A stretch of DNA of 62,530 bases from Dicyema japonicum (taxonomy: Eukaryota > Animalia > Dicyemida). Position numbers and translations under genes: made by a program. Where the stretch lies: the NCBI GenBank assembly GCA_011109175.1, contig RDEW01000031.1:315970-378499 (forward strand), written 5' to 3'. Positions 38,331-50,180 of this stretch are shown here, one piece after another. The number at the start of each line of letters is the position of its first letter. Position 1 is the stretch's first letter. The notes beneath the pieces are model-generated. The model made no database searches, was not told the origin of the DNA, and saw nothing but the letters and a program-made list of their open reading frames with translations.

Positions 38331-38363
38331 CTAGCCACATAGCACCGAAAGGCGCTACGCGGC
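38331..38363 (-). mobile_element. Candidate Helitron 3' terminus
   Basis: Minus strand gccgcgTAGCGCCtttcGGTGCTAtgtggCTAG|T: a GC-rich hairpin a few nt before CTAG, followed by T, in very AT-rich DNA. Confidence 0.45.
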
Positions 38364-40590
38364 CAAAAACTCTACTTGTTTATAAATAGAAATAGCAAAA
38401 AATTGCAGTTTATTTTTGAAAAAGTATAACAAAATTAATATTAAATGTTTTATCAAATTCAAACTTTTTGGTCATTTTATTAAATAGCATTTTAGTGATT
38501 ATGTATATACAGCAAAATATGTAGTGATTAAAGAATATTTTTTTAATTCCATGATTTAGCCGTCACAAAATTGTCCTCCCATCTTTTAAAATCACCATTT
38601 AAAGTCGACGTGGAGTACATCTGTGCCTCCTTTGTTTATGGAATCTCAGTCTCAAGTTATTGCACCATATATTTTTTAATACTGAAAATGATCCATCTGA
38701 CAAACCTATCTTCTCAAATCTTTTGAAGTCTACAATACAGAATAGTGGGTCCGGTTTCTTTACACTCTTTGTCGTCGATTCTGATCGCGTCTTTCGATCA
38801 TCGCTAGTAATTCCAAAAGAAGCTTACGCCTCTTCAAATTCTAATAAAAGCGTTGCGATTACAGAAAAGAAGTATGAACTATGGAGAGTACTGCAGAAAG
38901 TTCGTGGGCTGTTGAGGAATACTTAGTTGTTTGAGGCCTAATTTCTTAGTGTTCCCTTTTCGGGAAATAATAATAAAATGAAATAACTCAGTTTCTTCAA
39001 ACAAAAAGCAAGAAATGTGTCAATTATAAAATTTAAACTAATCAAGATGTTGAAGGTTTGTTAGAAAGGGCATTTTTAACAGCTGCAAGGAATTATCAAA
39101 TGTCTTTAGCCTCTGTTTGCTAAATATACAGACGGAATGCCAAAATATTTTCTTCGTCACAGTTTGAACCAATAATTAAAAGTTTATGTCTTTATATGAT
39201 CACGTTGAGTGCACAGCCTATTAAAACTAATAAACCTTTAATTCGTTGTTTTGAGCCAGGAATGTTGAAAGTTCTCTTTACAATATGATGCTCGATTTTC
39301 TTATACTATGAAGAAATTTACGGCAATAAAAGAAAATGAACGGGAGATAATGGAAGAAATGAAATCTCCAGAAGTAGACGATATTTTTCGAGGGCAAATG
39401 ATATAGTCAGTGAAAGAATACATAAGGAGACATATATCAAATCTCAAAAGTGCATTAGGAGTAGATTATTATGACAAGATGTATTCAAGATTAAGTTTCC
39501 ATCTGTAGAAGGGACAGGGGTAAATAAAAAACAAAATTATCAAATCTCACAGATGGACCACCACAAGAATTCCCATAACCCTCCAACATTTCTAAACATC
39601 CTTAGCGACCTTCCCACTCAAGTTACACCAAGTCCATCCTATAGTAATAAAAAATAAGTAAGCAATGATTTGCAGCAATTTTAAAATTTTCAATGTTTAA
39701 CGGCAAGATTTAATAATTTTAAAAAATATATGGTAATACGAGTTCTTGAAAATATGGAAAACCCATAAAAGGCATACAAAGAATGTGCATCTGCACAATG
39801 CCGCGATTGAAAGCCAAAAAATTACAATTATCGACAATAAAGTAAAATTCCTCCAGGAGAAACTCCAAATGAATTTAAATAGGTGGTTTACTGAAACCGA
39901 AGGATTCACAATATACTTTCAACATAATAGACATATATTTCAGATTTTTTACAAGCTCTCGTTTCCTCCAATGTAGCTAAATAATACACATCGTTAAGTG
40001 AATTCCTCTGATTCAATGTCCTCAAAAATTGTTCGTGAAACTGAAACATCAATGAATTTAGGACCTTCCATTTATTGAATGAAATGATATGTGTCATAAG
40101 TGGGAAGAAGAGTGGAACTCGATGGAACGCATCGGGATAATGTGATGGATAGTTTGGTTTTTATCCTGGTCTTGGGATGTTAAAATAAAAATAAGTGTTG
40201 AATGACAGTACAAATATATGTAATAAATTCAAATATAAAAATATTCAATATTGAATGACACATTGAAATCTCTTGAATATATTGATTAGTCAGAATAGTG
40301 TAGAAAATAAGCAAATAATGAATCATCAAAATATTTATCGAGACATTTTGATAACAACCTTCGTCACTATTAGCCGACCTCAATAATATAGATAGTAAAT
40401 GTACATTCAAATATATCCTGAATTAACTAATATTAAAAGAATAGTACAAAATTAAAGATGGGTCAATAAAGACGAAACACTACAACAAGACGATGCTGTT
40501 AATTAATATTTTTTTAAATAAATAATTATTTTATTAAATAAAATAAGTTAATTTCAAGTTTTTAATTATTTCCGGTGATTTAGATTTTTG

Positions 40591-41233
40591 GTTCAGCTGG
40601 TGACGTGGCTCTAATAAAGTATTAACATGTCTGAAAAGTACGAACCCTATCTTTTGGAGAAATTCTCGCTGCTCTCATTCAACGTCCGAGGCCTAACCTC
40701 TTCTTGGAAAAGGACCTCCCTCTGTCAAGACCTACATAATTATGATGTCGCAATCGGTTGCCTACAGGAAACCAAAATCCAAGATAACCAAGAAGAAACA
40801 TGTGGTAAATTCAAATTGATCTTTCTCCCGACTGTCAACAGGCACTATGGACTGGGTTTTGCCATCAAAATGGAATTTCTCCCCCATATCTACAGAGTAT
40901 GGGCAGTTAATGATCGCATCGGAGTTCTACAAATGAAGTTTATGAATGCCAAAGCAAGCACTGACATTGTCTCCATTATCAATGTATACGCCCTCACAGT
41001 GGTTGGATTAACAAAGATCCGGCTTTATTTGATGACTTCTACTCAGATTTATCAGATTTATATTTAGAATTGGCCGACTCCGCACTCCTATTTATAGCTG
41101 GTGATATGGATTACTTGAGGGATTTGGCTCAGGATCATGGAAAGTGGAGAAAATTAACTAAAAGATTAATGTTTGGTACTGCACTGGTTTTGTCATTTCC
41201 AATGGCAAGACGTTGTGCTTTATAATAATAATA
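40591..41233 (+). mobile_element. Internally deleted (bipartite) RTE element, copy 2
   Basis: ORF 40627-41067 is an RTE APE N-half; same junction ..FIAGD|MDYLRDLAQDHGKWRK and (TAA)n tail as 4801-5442. Confidence 0.87.
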
Positions 41234-41289
41234 GAATTGAACATAAATGTTATGTTTGGTTATGTGGTTTCAAATGGATTTCAGGAGAG

Positions 41290-41455
41290 TTCCAGAAACC
41301 AATGCCTCTTGAAACCTTGATAAGAATGAACCATGGAACGCGCCGTCGTGACTGCGAAGATCCAGTCATTCGACCGATACGTGCTTATGTAGGCTCGATG
41401 GAAGAGCATTGGGCCTAGATGAGGTCCCTGCTAGAACGTGCTGGGATCACGTGAT
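41290..41455 (+). mobile_element. 3' end of the 12375-type LINE family
   Basis: IRPIRAYVGSMEEHWA*MRSLLERAGIT* aligns with 14885-14969. Confidence 0.72.
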
Positions 41456-41499
41456 TAATGGCGAATAATCAATATGTGAACTGTTCACTTTAGACCGTC

Positions 41500-41830
41500 G
41501 TTCCAAAGGAGATCCAAGAATTTTTGTTGGTCCTGTCCAGATACCGGTAACAAGGTCTCCTTCAATTCTTGAGCTAATGTTCTACAGGCTATGGAACTTT
41601 AACTCACATGGGAAGAGAGTCCACACTTAAGGACTGCAGAAGTTGAATGTTATACGCGCGCTTGTCTGGACGATTCTTTTATATTTGGACGCTTCTGTTG
41701 GAAAAATCTACAGGCAAACCATCGGCTGTGGAGTATGCCTCTGTTGCATGGAGATTCGCGTTATCAGAGACTACACTCCACAGACTCAATTAGATATACC
41801 GGAAAACTATCCTTATGATGGAACCTCATA
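41500..41830 (+). mobile_element. LINE post-RT fragment
   Basis: FNSH..GLQKLNVIRAL..KIY..VEYASVAW. Confidence 0.55.
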
Positions 41831-43144
41831 TTGGATCAACAGTGATCCTCCTACTCACTGAAGAAACGACCCGTAATCGCGTTTAAGTTCTTTAACCTTC
41901 AGATGCCTTGTATGTTTGAAACTCCCATTGAGAATATTAGAGATCATAAAATATTAGTATTCAAATAACTGAGAAAACCTTGTCTCGTATGTGACCTAGT
42001 TGACGCTTCGTGGTTCTTGTGAGACCTAACAACCAAAATGAGATACGCAGATCGAAATGAAATTGCTAATCGATATTTAATCTCCACCCCTTTACAAGAA
42101 ATCCAAGGGGAGAGTAGTGAGATTTATGATGGCTCATTTGGGTGTTCAAACGAATCATGACACATCGTACTACTAAGAACATCCGAGAATTAATAATCGA
42201 TAACTACCTTGTTTCCTCTTCAATGCAGACTCGGTTAGGTTCCACACTTTTTGTTACACACGATACTCCCAAAGCATAATGTATCAAACGCTTTTAGTTC
42301 TCAAACTTTGTGCATCCAACGTCTCTTGAATTTATCATCTCATCATGTGTAACGATATTGCTACAACGGATGAGACCTACCGACCAAAATGAGATATAAA
42401 CAGATCTAAATAAGAGGCATTTGCTTAGATAATCATTATAACCGCAATAAGAAGAACTCAAACTAAGCGTGGATTTGCTTAGTTGTCCGTAAACACTCCA
42501 CCTTTCCTCAAGCATATGAATACTCTGGGTTTTTCTTATCTCTTATTTTTCACTTTTCGTTCTATTAGGTTTTACTTTCTACTTTCCTCCTTCCACGCTT
42601 AAGTAATTCATCGTGGTCATCCGCTATTTTCATTTCTTTTCAACTTGTTCATAACCCTGATTCAGACAGAAAGGGGACATAGTTCTCTGCCGTCGACTGA
42701 GTCACTCTTAGGAGTACCGATACAAGTCGTGAATATTTCTGAATAACTTTACCCACTATTGCCATAAGACCAGTATCTGCCTGTAAAATTGATTTTGTAA
42801 AGGAAGTACTGTCCTTCGAATAAATCGATGGCAAAACAGAACAAGAGAAGGTCTGTGGTTCAATGAAGGAAGTATAGGGACCCTGGCAAAACCGATTCTT
42901 TTCATTTAGTTTATCAGTTAGTGATTTTGGTGCAACACATTAACCAAACAACCACGTAAATTCAAATCAGACAAAAGTATGTATTATGGGTCGTTAATTT
43001 GTCGCTTAGCTCACCACAAGTGGAGAGGGCTTAAATTTGTCTAAGCAACAAAACCTTTACTATTTAACATCAAACATGTATTCGGTAGACTTTCTTCGAG
43101 TGGATTCATTAACATGGTAATTATTCTGTCATAAAAGATGGATT

Positions 43145-43534
43145 CTTGGGTTTTCTTTTTTTTAACAATTAAACAAATGTCAGTTGAGGAAGCCTGCTGC
43201 GTGGATTGCGAACGAGTTCCCTCGGAGTATGGCTATTCCGATCTTTTGTCTTAGCCATAACCCTTCTCGTTGATCCCTTTTCTTTCTGGCAAGCAATCCT
43301 CCGAGTTCTCGCAAGAACTCAGCCGTCATTGGACCAACGGCTCCCGATGATTCGGTCGCAACATGAGTAAATCGGTAGCGATCCCCGAGGCAAGAATATT
43401 TCTTGATTTTTAGGTTCTCCGCAGTCGAAGCAGCTGCTCCAGGTGTCTGAACCGATTTAAAAATATTCGTGCTTGAGAACGTGTTTACACAAATTGCGTC
43501 CCAGACCAAAGATCTTCCAGACCTTGGGTTTTCT
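43145..43534 (-). mobile_element. Young 5'-truncated CRE copy with poly(A) and a 12-bp TSD
   Basis: Near-identical to 37002-37367; cttgggttttct at both 43145-43156 and 43523-43534; T-run 43157-43163. Confidence 0.92.
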
Positions 43535-43671
43535 ATTATTTAAATGTTGGGGTTGTTACATCAAATTTAAAAAAATAAATATATAAAATAATTTACATGA
43601 GCGGTTCCTATTTGGAGAGAATTATTAAGATAAAAAATTGTATTTTTATAGTCTCCAATCAGTACCAAATC

Positions 43672-43840
43672 AATAAACCTGACATTGTGGTACACAAGTC
43701 CAAGTCCTTATCATAGAAGTTGGAATTACGTCCCAAGACCATTTGCAGACTGTGGAGGTGGAGAAAAAAGATACACATTCTTGCAAAAGAGATAGGGCAG
43801 ATGCTTGGTTGCAAGGTCATCGTTATTCCAATAGTAATGA
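43672..43840 (+). mobile_element. R4/Dong-like RLE fragment
   Basis: NKPDIVV..LIIEVGITSQDHLQTVEVEK..GQMLGCKVIVIPIVM; close to 21320-21505. Confidence 0.78.
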
Positions 43841-44640
43841 GAGTAATTACTGAAGAAATTTTACATTTAAGATTATTATAATACAAAATATAAACAATCA
43901 GGAAAGAAGTGTCCAAAAAATTAGAAATATGAAGAGGAAACATATATAGGAGATTATTTGTTTGGACACAGATATTCAGAAGCCACGCAACATTTCAACA
44001 TAGACATTAGTAAATTTACAAGTTGTAAGAGAATACTTCGATACGAAGCCTTTGACTAGAAAATACTCGTTTATGATCCCATCATACAACAAAATATGAA
44101 GCACATCAAAGGTAAGCTCAAATGTGGAAAACACCTCCTGTCTTGAAAGAGGTTGCTCACGACCGTGAATGGTGGATCGATAGTTAGTTTGATTGAATCT
44201 AACGTCGCATAGGTTATACTATAAAAGAGTAAGGAAATTGAATCTATTCTGCATGGATTGACGTTGATGTAAAAAGCATTTGAGTCTGAGAAACGTGAAT
44301 TTCCCTTTTCGGATTGCTCTGGAATTCCCTATTGGATGATCAAGATTGTCAAAATATAGTAAGGATGTGGAAGTACACCTCCACCTCGATCAAAGAAATA
44401 TTGGTGTTTTGTATTGTATGACACATTATATCTACATCGGAGATCATTTTATAGAAACTTGAGATCTGGCACAAGTGATGTTAGTCAGACTGTCGATAAT
44501 AAAAAATACTGATTTTTGGGAAGAGAGATGGACAAGAGGTATGCAAGTGTGGATAGTGTTAACGTCAAAAAAAGAATAACTGATGTTGAAAGCATGTCCG
44601 TTGAATTCTCAATGAGAATCTTTGCTGTGGCATAAAGATC

Positions 44641-44700
44641 TACAGCTGCCGCCTTGACTGCGTGTCAATTCCCTCTCATGATGGCGAGCTGCGCTCAGCT
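44641..44700 (-). mobile_element. Very short CRE 3' tip
   Basis: LAIMRGN*HAVKAAA versus LAILRGKSHAVRAAT at 4720-4769. Confidence 0.55.
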
Positions 44701-45617
44701 GTGAATATTTATAGTAACAATATTTACGATTTAATAACAACTAATGGTAGTTTTCTATTTTGGATGAAAATATGAGACCCTCATCATAATAATAAACGTG
44801 TATGCTTCACAGAGCGGAATAATAGCTCGTCGTTAAATATCTTAACCAGTTTTCTCTGACGTGAAAAATACAGACAAAGAATCGGAAGAGTCTTTCTTGA
44901 TTTCAATGTTAAAGCTTGCATATGACGAGAGCAGACAATGGATGAACCCTTAAGAGATCATTAACGTTATCAAACCATTTAAATCAAATTTATTGAACCA
45001 GAAAATAGCAAGAATGAAAGAATTCAGGTGATCTTGGCATCAGTCTTCGAATTCAGGACTCAAAGGAAGTGCCGCCCAGGGGGAACTCTTCTGGAGTTAA
45101 AAAATGATTAAACGTTTTTAGATAATAAAATTAAAACGTAACTCACTGTTATAAGTAACTCAAGTTGTAATTCTCTAAAATTTCTTTCTTTTTTTATGTT
45201 TAGATTTTTCAGAATTCATGCAGAATTGGAAAATACTCTGAGACAAACTTTACAACATAACACTTTTCCTAAATTGAAAAACCTTATCCTTTAATGTAAT
45301 TTTTAGAAGGTTAGTCGCTAAAAAATTGCTGTTTGAGTATAAGTGAGGTTCAAGTTAGGACCGATGGTTTCCTGAATTGCGGATAACTATAAATGCCGTA
45401 GAACAGACAATTTTGCAATTTCGTAGATCAGTGTTGGTTCGATTGACTGGTGGTAAAAATGGAGAGGCACTCAGCATCGGTTATGGGAGTTTTTGAAATT
45501 ATCTTTAGAACTGTCAACTCTTCATTACTACTACCACCCTCATGTCTCACGAATGAGAGTCAATGGACTTCCTGAATGCTTGATAGTATCTTTTAGTACT
45601 TATGCATGTTGTAATAA

Positions 45618-45911
45618 AGGTTATCAAGGTCTTTGTTGGGAGACTTCGAGGCGTGTTTGAGCAAACGATAGTACATGAGGATGGATAGATTCAATACTGG
45701 AGAACATTGGGCAGTCAGCGGACAAATAACCTGGCTCGATTTCATGTTATTGCAGATCAGTCATCAGTGTCTTTTGCTTGGAAAGGTTAAAGAATGCATG
45801 GTGGATGAACATGTGTATCGACTATTTGTGAGTATTTTCTCAGAAACAGAATTGAAATCCCTTGGAATATTCGAGAACTTCCCCAGTGAGGTTTTGCGAA
45901 TTGCTAGGTGA
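45618..45911 (+). pseudogene. Probable glutathione S-transferase C-terminal domain fragment
   Basis: FEACLS..N.G..WAVSGQITWLDFMLL resembles GST pi/sigma FE..LS.N.GG..F.VG..I.F.D..LL; in-frame TAG at 45669; no clear N-terminal domain. Confidence 0.45.
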
Positions 45912-45975
45912 GTTGACGTAGAATGAACAATTCAAATTCCAAGTTTGAAACAAATGTAGGGATTAAATCTTGGAT

Positions 45976-46150
45976 GAGCCGGGTGGCATAGTGGTTAGGT
46001 GTCGGGCTAAAGTGACTTAAGTTACGGGTTCGATTCTCGCTGCTGTTCACCTGGTGGTAAAAGGGTTTGACGAGTGACGCCGTCATCAGTGGAGTCTCAC
46101 TGCGGAACTGGATTGTCTAGAAAGGACCCACACACAAGAGAAAAAAAAGA
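45976..46150 (+). mobile_element. tRNA-derived SINE
   Basis: A box TGGCATAGTGG (45984-45994) and B box GGTTCGATTC (46027-46036) at tRNA-like spacing; non-tRNA body repeated at 19954 and 22485; A-rich tail. Confidence 0.72.
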
Positions 46151-46822
46151 AGTGAAAATCATTCTTTATAGGTTCGAAAACTATCATTTCCAGAATCCTG
46201 TAATAAATTCAATGTAGGATGGAAATGAGCGGTTAATTAATATGTTTGTTAGGCATGTTTACTGGTTTACTGTATGATTTTTTTATTGAGATCACTGGGA
46301 GATCATGTCAGGTAAGCATGATCCAGTCATTAGATTTTCAGTTTAATCTTTTTTATATAAGCTTGGAGTTCCTTGGACAAATTCATGGGAGATGCAGGAA
46401 GATAATATTTCATTAGAGAATTTGGAGATATGGGGAAGATAATATCTTATTTTACGACTTGGTGGTTGACCTTGAGAGACTTAATCAAATTGCAGAACTT
46501 TTTTATAGAAGATTTTTCAATGAGGATCGTGGCTAGCTTTATCCAACATTCCATGCATTTGTCATGTCAATCTCCCAGTTGAGGCTACACATTGTTGAAG
46601 TATTTGACAGTTCAATCAAAAGACGTCAAAGATGAAAATGACTCACCACTGGGAAAGTAAACAATATGTGATGAGTGGGAGTATTAGATTTTCAATATCA
46701 TCCCCCACAATAGTCCCTTCTGCCAAAGCATTAACAAACATCACTAAACCAACTCTCCAATTCAAATATTCCACGCAGAACACCACAAATAGGTGAACCA
46801 GCACAATGCCAATCACACCCTC

Positions 46823-47700
46823 TCACATTTTATTTCCAGCTTGTTTCTTCCGTCCAATCGAAGACCCAAAAATGGCTGCACAAATATCCTCCACCTCATG
46901 AAGAGCACACCCGCATAGTCGCTCGTATGCACGTCTTTGATAAGAAAACTGCCAATATTCAATATGAGTATGAACAATTAATCCACTGTCACGTGCGCCT
47001 ACGAACGAAATGACTGGATTAATTGTACCCATTTCATAGCGAAGACAAACAAACTCAAGACAAGTGAGGCCAATCACTAAGAGGCATGACGCCACATTAA
47101 AGATAGTTCTAATGAAGCTCCATTCATCTAACTGAATGTAGAGACCGAGAAGATAAAGATCCCAATTTCTTCTTAATGATTTTTTTCTCGGGGATCTCCG
47201 CTCTTTCCAGATCTCTTTAATGTATTTCTGCACGAAATACCATGGTAACAGTGAGACCTAACTGTTGCAAACAGACTAACATTGTATTCCGAAAAGTCAT
47301 CATATAAATCTTTTCTACTCATCGAAGGTTGAGGGAAACTTTTGAATCGGATCCAGGGATTTTGCGAGTAACCTTAGATTCCATACTGTCTTTCTCCTAA
47401 AATATAAAAAAACGTTCTACCAGATACCATACAAGTTCAAAATCTTGTAAGGACAATATCACTTACTGCCCTAATTCTTAAAGGAATGTCTGGTTAATCT
47501 ATACAACCTAGGTTATACTGGAGGTCGAGTATGCCTGTGGATCATGGAATTAAGGTCTTTTTCATTCCAACTGTGAAATCCCAATCGTTTTTTAACCGGA
47601 CACTTTATAAACACCTTCCTTCCAATAATCAACGATTCTGCAATTAAAGGAAATGTAAGTAGTTTCCTCAGAGTTCACAGAGACCAGATTCCATTAGTCA
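46823..47700 (-). mobile_element. Degenerate Penelope-like RT
   Basis: PRLY.L..PDIPLR (about 47480-47505), then S.YNVSLFATV (about 47260-47290), then weak MG..NPVIS and VEDI.A in ORF 46823-47233, in PLE order. Confidence 0.45.
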
Positions 47701-48867
47701 GCCGTTGAAACGGTAGAATCCTTTCGTATGCGACAAGAGGGTAGTTAGAACAATATCGAATAGCCCAGTTCGATTTGTTACAGCCTTGTAGCTACTGCTA
47801 TTTTCTCTACGTCGGAGATCCTATTTCTAGTTTTCCGACTGGCCTATTCAAAGATGTCATTTATTGTTAAAAATGAATAACCGTAGAAAATTTTCACTTC
47901 AAAGAAAAATTATCAAATTTATGCAAAATAGCCAAATTTCAAAGAGTATTAAACTTAAACAAGTTGCAATCTCACGTAGTCCCTAAGCATGTTACAAATT
48001 CATAAGACATCCTACGTGCTATATTTCAGAACTAAAAAACATAGCTTACGCGAACTTTTGGAATTCCAATCTTATATAGCACTTTAAAGAGCCCATTGGG
48101 AATACGGGTGATAAAACAGCCCAGTTCCCTTTCTTGGGTGACTCCTAGTAGAAAGAATTTTAATTTACTTAAGACAAAATATAAAAGTTTATCTTTAAAG
48201 CAGTCAATCAGACTTTCATCTTCCTTCATTTTAAAGTAGTCGTTATTCAGAAAAAAAATCAACCTTGTGGAAGCATACGGGAGTGCTTTTAAAGTTATTT
48301 TTGATAAATTTATCCATAAGGACAACCGACACAGTCCCTGAATCGCAGAAAACACGGAATTGACCTCCCTTCCGTCACTAAAGAGTAAAAAAACAGGCAA
48401 ACAAATGTTCTGGGAAAAGATAACAGTGCTTCCGACGGAGAATGAACTGCAAAAACCGTCTGATTTTCAAAAACCGACGAGACATCAGAATTTTGAACAA
48501 AATTAAGGTTATGATAGCAGTCGGTGGTAATCCACATATTTGTGGTACATTGCATCGCAGCAATGACCTCCTTTTCAAAATCCTTCTCGTATTTTCTAAA
48601 TTTCGACTTTTTGTAAATTAGAATGGGTAAAAGAGTCGTCAACAAAATCGGGAGTGTGATTATGGCGCGACTTAAAGACCTCATGACCAGAGATTGTGTT
48701 TGCAGGGTATGGTTATTATCTTGGCAGTTGAATTATTAGCTTTTAGCAATATCTTTGGTTCAATTTCCATATAGAAAATATTCTCATCTATTCAGGTAAT
48801 TTTTATTGTGATAATTTATTACGTAATTGAATAATCAAAATGAGATAATTGAGTGGCTGTCTCCCTT

Positions 48868-49330
48868 GAATGAAATGAAAATGAATTAAAACAACAAGTT
48901 ATGGAATAGGTAACTACCAGTCCGCCGGTTGACCTGGACTGTTCATCCGGGTACCACTTATTCTTGATATCCATCCAATTACTAATTTATCTCCAGAACG
49001 TTGTAGGTACAAAGCCAGTACGCTTATCTCCAGTTAGTTCTCCCTTTGTAGGTCCTTTCCCCAGTATGTTATTCCACGGTGTCCCAAACCGTCCTGCAGG
49101 ACCGATGATGTGGTTAACAAAGTCCCGTGTAGATCCCAATTCGAATGTAGGGAACAAATGGTGTGGGTACCCCCTGTAAGTCCCAACTCCAGTATGACAT
49201 CCACAGTATTCTCAGGTCCTGTAGGGATTAATGGCCTGGATAACAAAGTCCCGTGTAGACCCGGATACGAATGTAAGGATCAATTGGTGTGGGTACTAGG
49301 TCCAACTTGGAAAGTATCCGGAGTTTCGAC
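48868..49330 (-). mobile_element. 3' end of a LINE related to 58801-60900, with a 126-nt internal duplication
   Basis: 48868-48975 is highly similar to 58806-58925, including the (TTTCA)n tail; upstream IRI.IYTGLC.P...VW resembles the post-RT IY....P.L.Y...VW motif. Confidence 0.65.
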
Positions 49331-49622
49331 CCTTTGGCTCCTGCGTCCTCCAAAAGGTTCCTTCGTTTTTGTAGAGAATATGTCTATTCGGCCCGTAGTA
49401 TGTTTCTTAACCTTGTAATATATTCCTTCGTCTTGTAGAATAGGTTCATTCGACTTGTAATACGTTTCTTCGCCTTGAGGAGACTCTCTTGCAGTGCAAT
49501 AGGTTCCTTCGTATTTTAATATGGTCCTTGTAATGTGGATCTTCGCCTTGAAACTCCTTTGACTTGAGAACATGAAAGTAGCACCACCTCCACATACCTC
49601 AAATATTGGCGGTCCAACTGCT

Positions 49623-49798
49623 ACTGGTCCAATTATTCTATTCCAATTATTCTATTATTATATTTTTAATGACACATAATCGTGAGTATTTGATTAAAAT
49701 TTAAAATCAAACTGGTCCAATTATTCTATTCCAATTATTCTATTATTATATTTTTAATGACACATAATCGTGAGTATTTGATTAAAATTTAAAATCAA
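49623..49798. repeat. Perfect 88-bp tandem duplication
   Basis: 49623-49710 equals 49711-49798. Confidence 0.95.
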
Positions 49799-49989
49799 CC
49801 TTTATACGCGATACAATGTATTTTCCTGTTTTATTTATTTAAAACCAAGAATCATCGACAAAACCGCCAATTAGCTACTTCTGTGGGACATGGGCCACAA
49901 AATGATTTTGTACACATAATAAAAAATTAATATTTTTCAAGAAACAGTCAAAGGTTCTCCTCCCCACTAATTCTAACCTAGTTCGAGGA

Positions 49990-50180
49990 ACTTTTAAAGA
50001 GAACGGGAGCCCAATTGAAATCCTCAAAATTCTGAAAAGTGTCTCATACATGAAGTGTCGGGTTTCAGAGTAACAACTAGAAAGGATGAGCTTAAGGAGG
50101 GCGGGATCACCTGATGTCCTCTTATCCTTTTTAATTTGTCGATGTTTTTTGGTTTTAAATAAATAAAACAAAAAAATACA
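49990..50180 (+). mobile_element. 3' end of the 12375-type LINE family with UTR
   Basis: ..RAG/IT* at 50095-50115 and UTR ttaatttgtc..ttttggtttt(a)aata similar to 14985-15020. Confidence 0.55.

Noticed and set aside
38560-38620. Sm/LSm-like VILKDGRTI on minus
   Set aside because: Nine residues bounded by stops, with no Sm2 motif.
45976-46050. Intact tRNA gene
   Set aside because: A and B boxes are present, but acceptor and anticodon stems do not pair well and it runs into a repeated body, so it is called a SINE head.
46680-46900. MFS transporter exons (SSIGRKK, LNWR)
   Set aside because: Motifs are weak and the region is better explained as continuation of the Penelope-like relic.
48032-48684. 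Overlapping minus-strand ORFs of 122 and 124 aa as a host gene
   Set aside because: No recognisable domain or consistent splice path; cannot be supported without a search.
49110-49418. Plus-strand ORF with two Cys repeats (KVPCR..EC..Q.VWV) as a novel protein
   Set aside because: It is the antisense shadow of a 126-nt duplication in a minus-strand LINE 3' fragment that ends in the tail shared with 58801.
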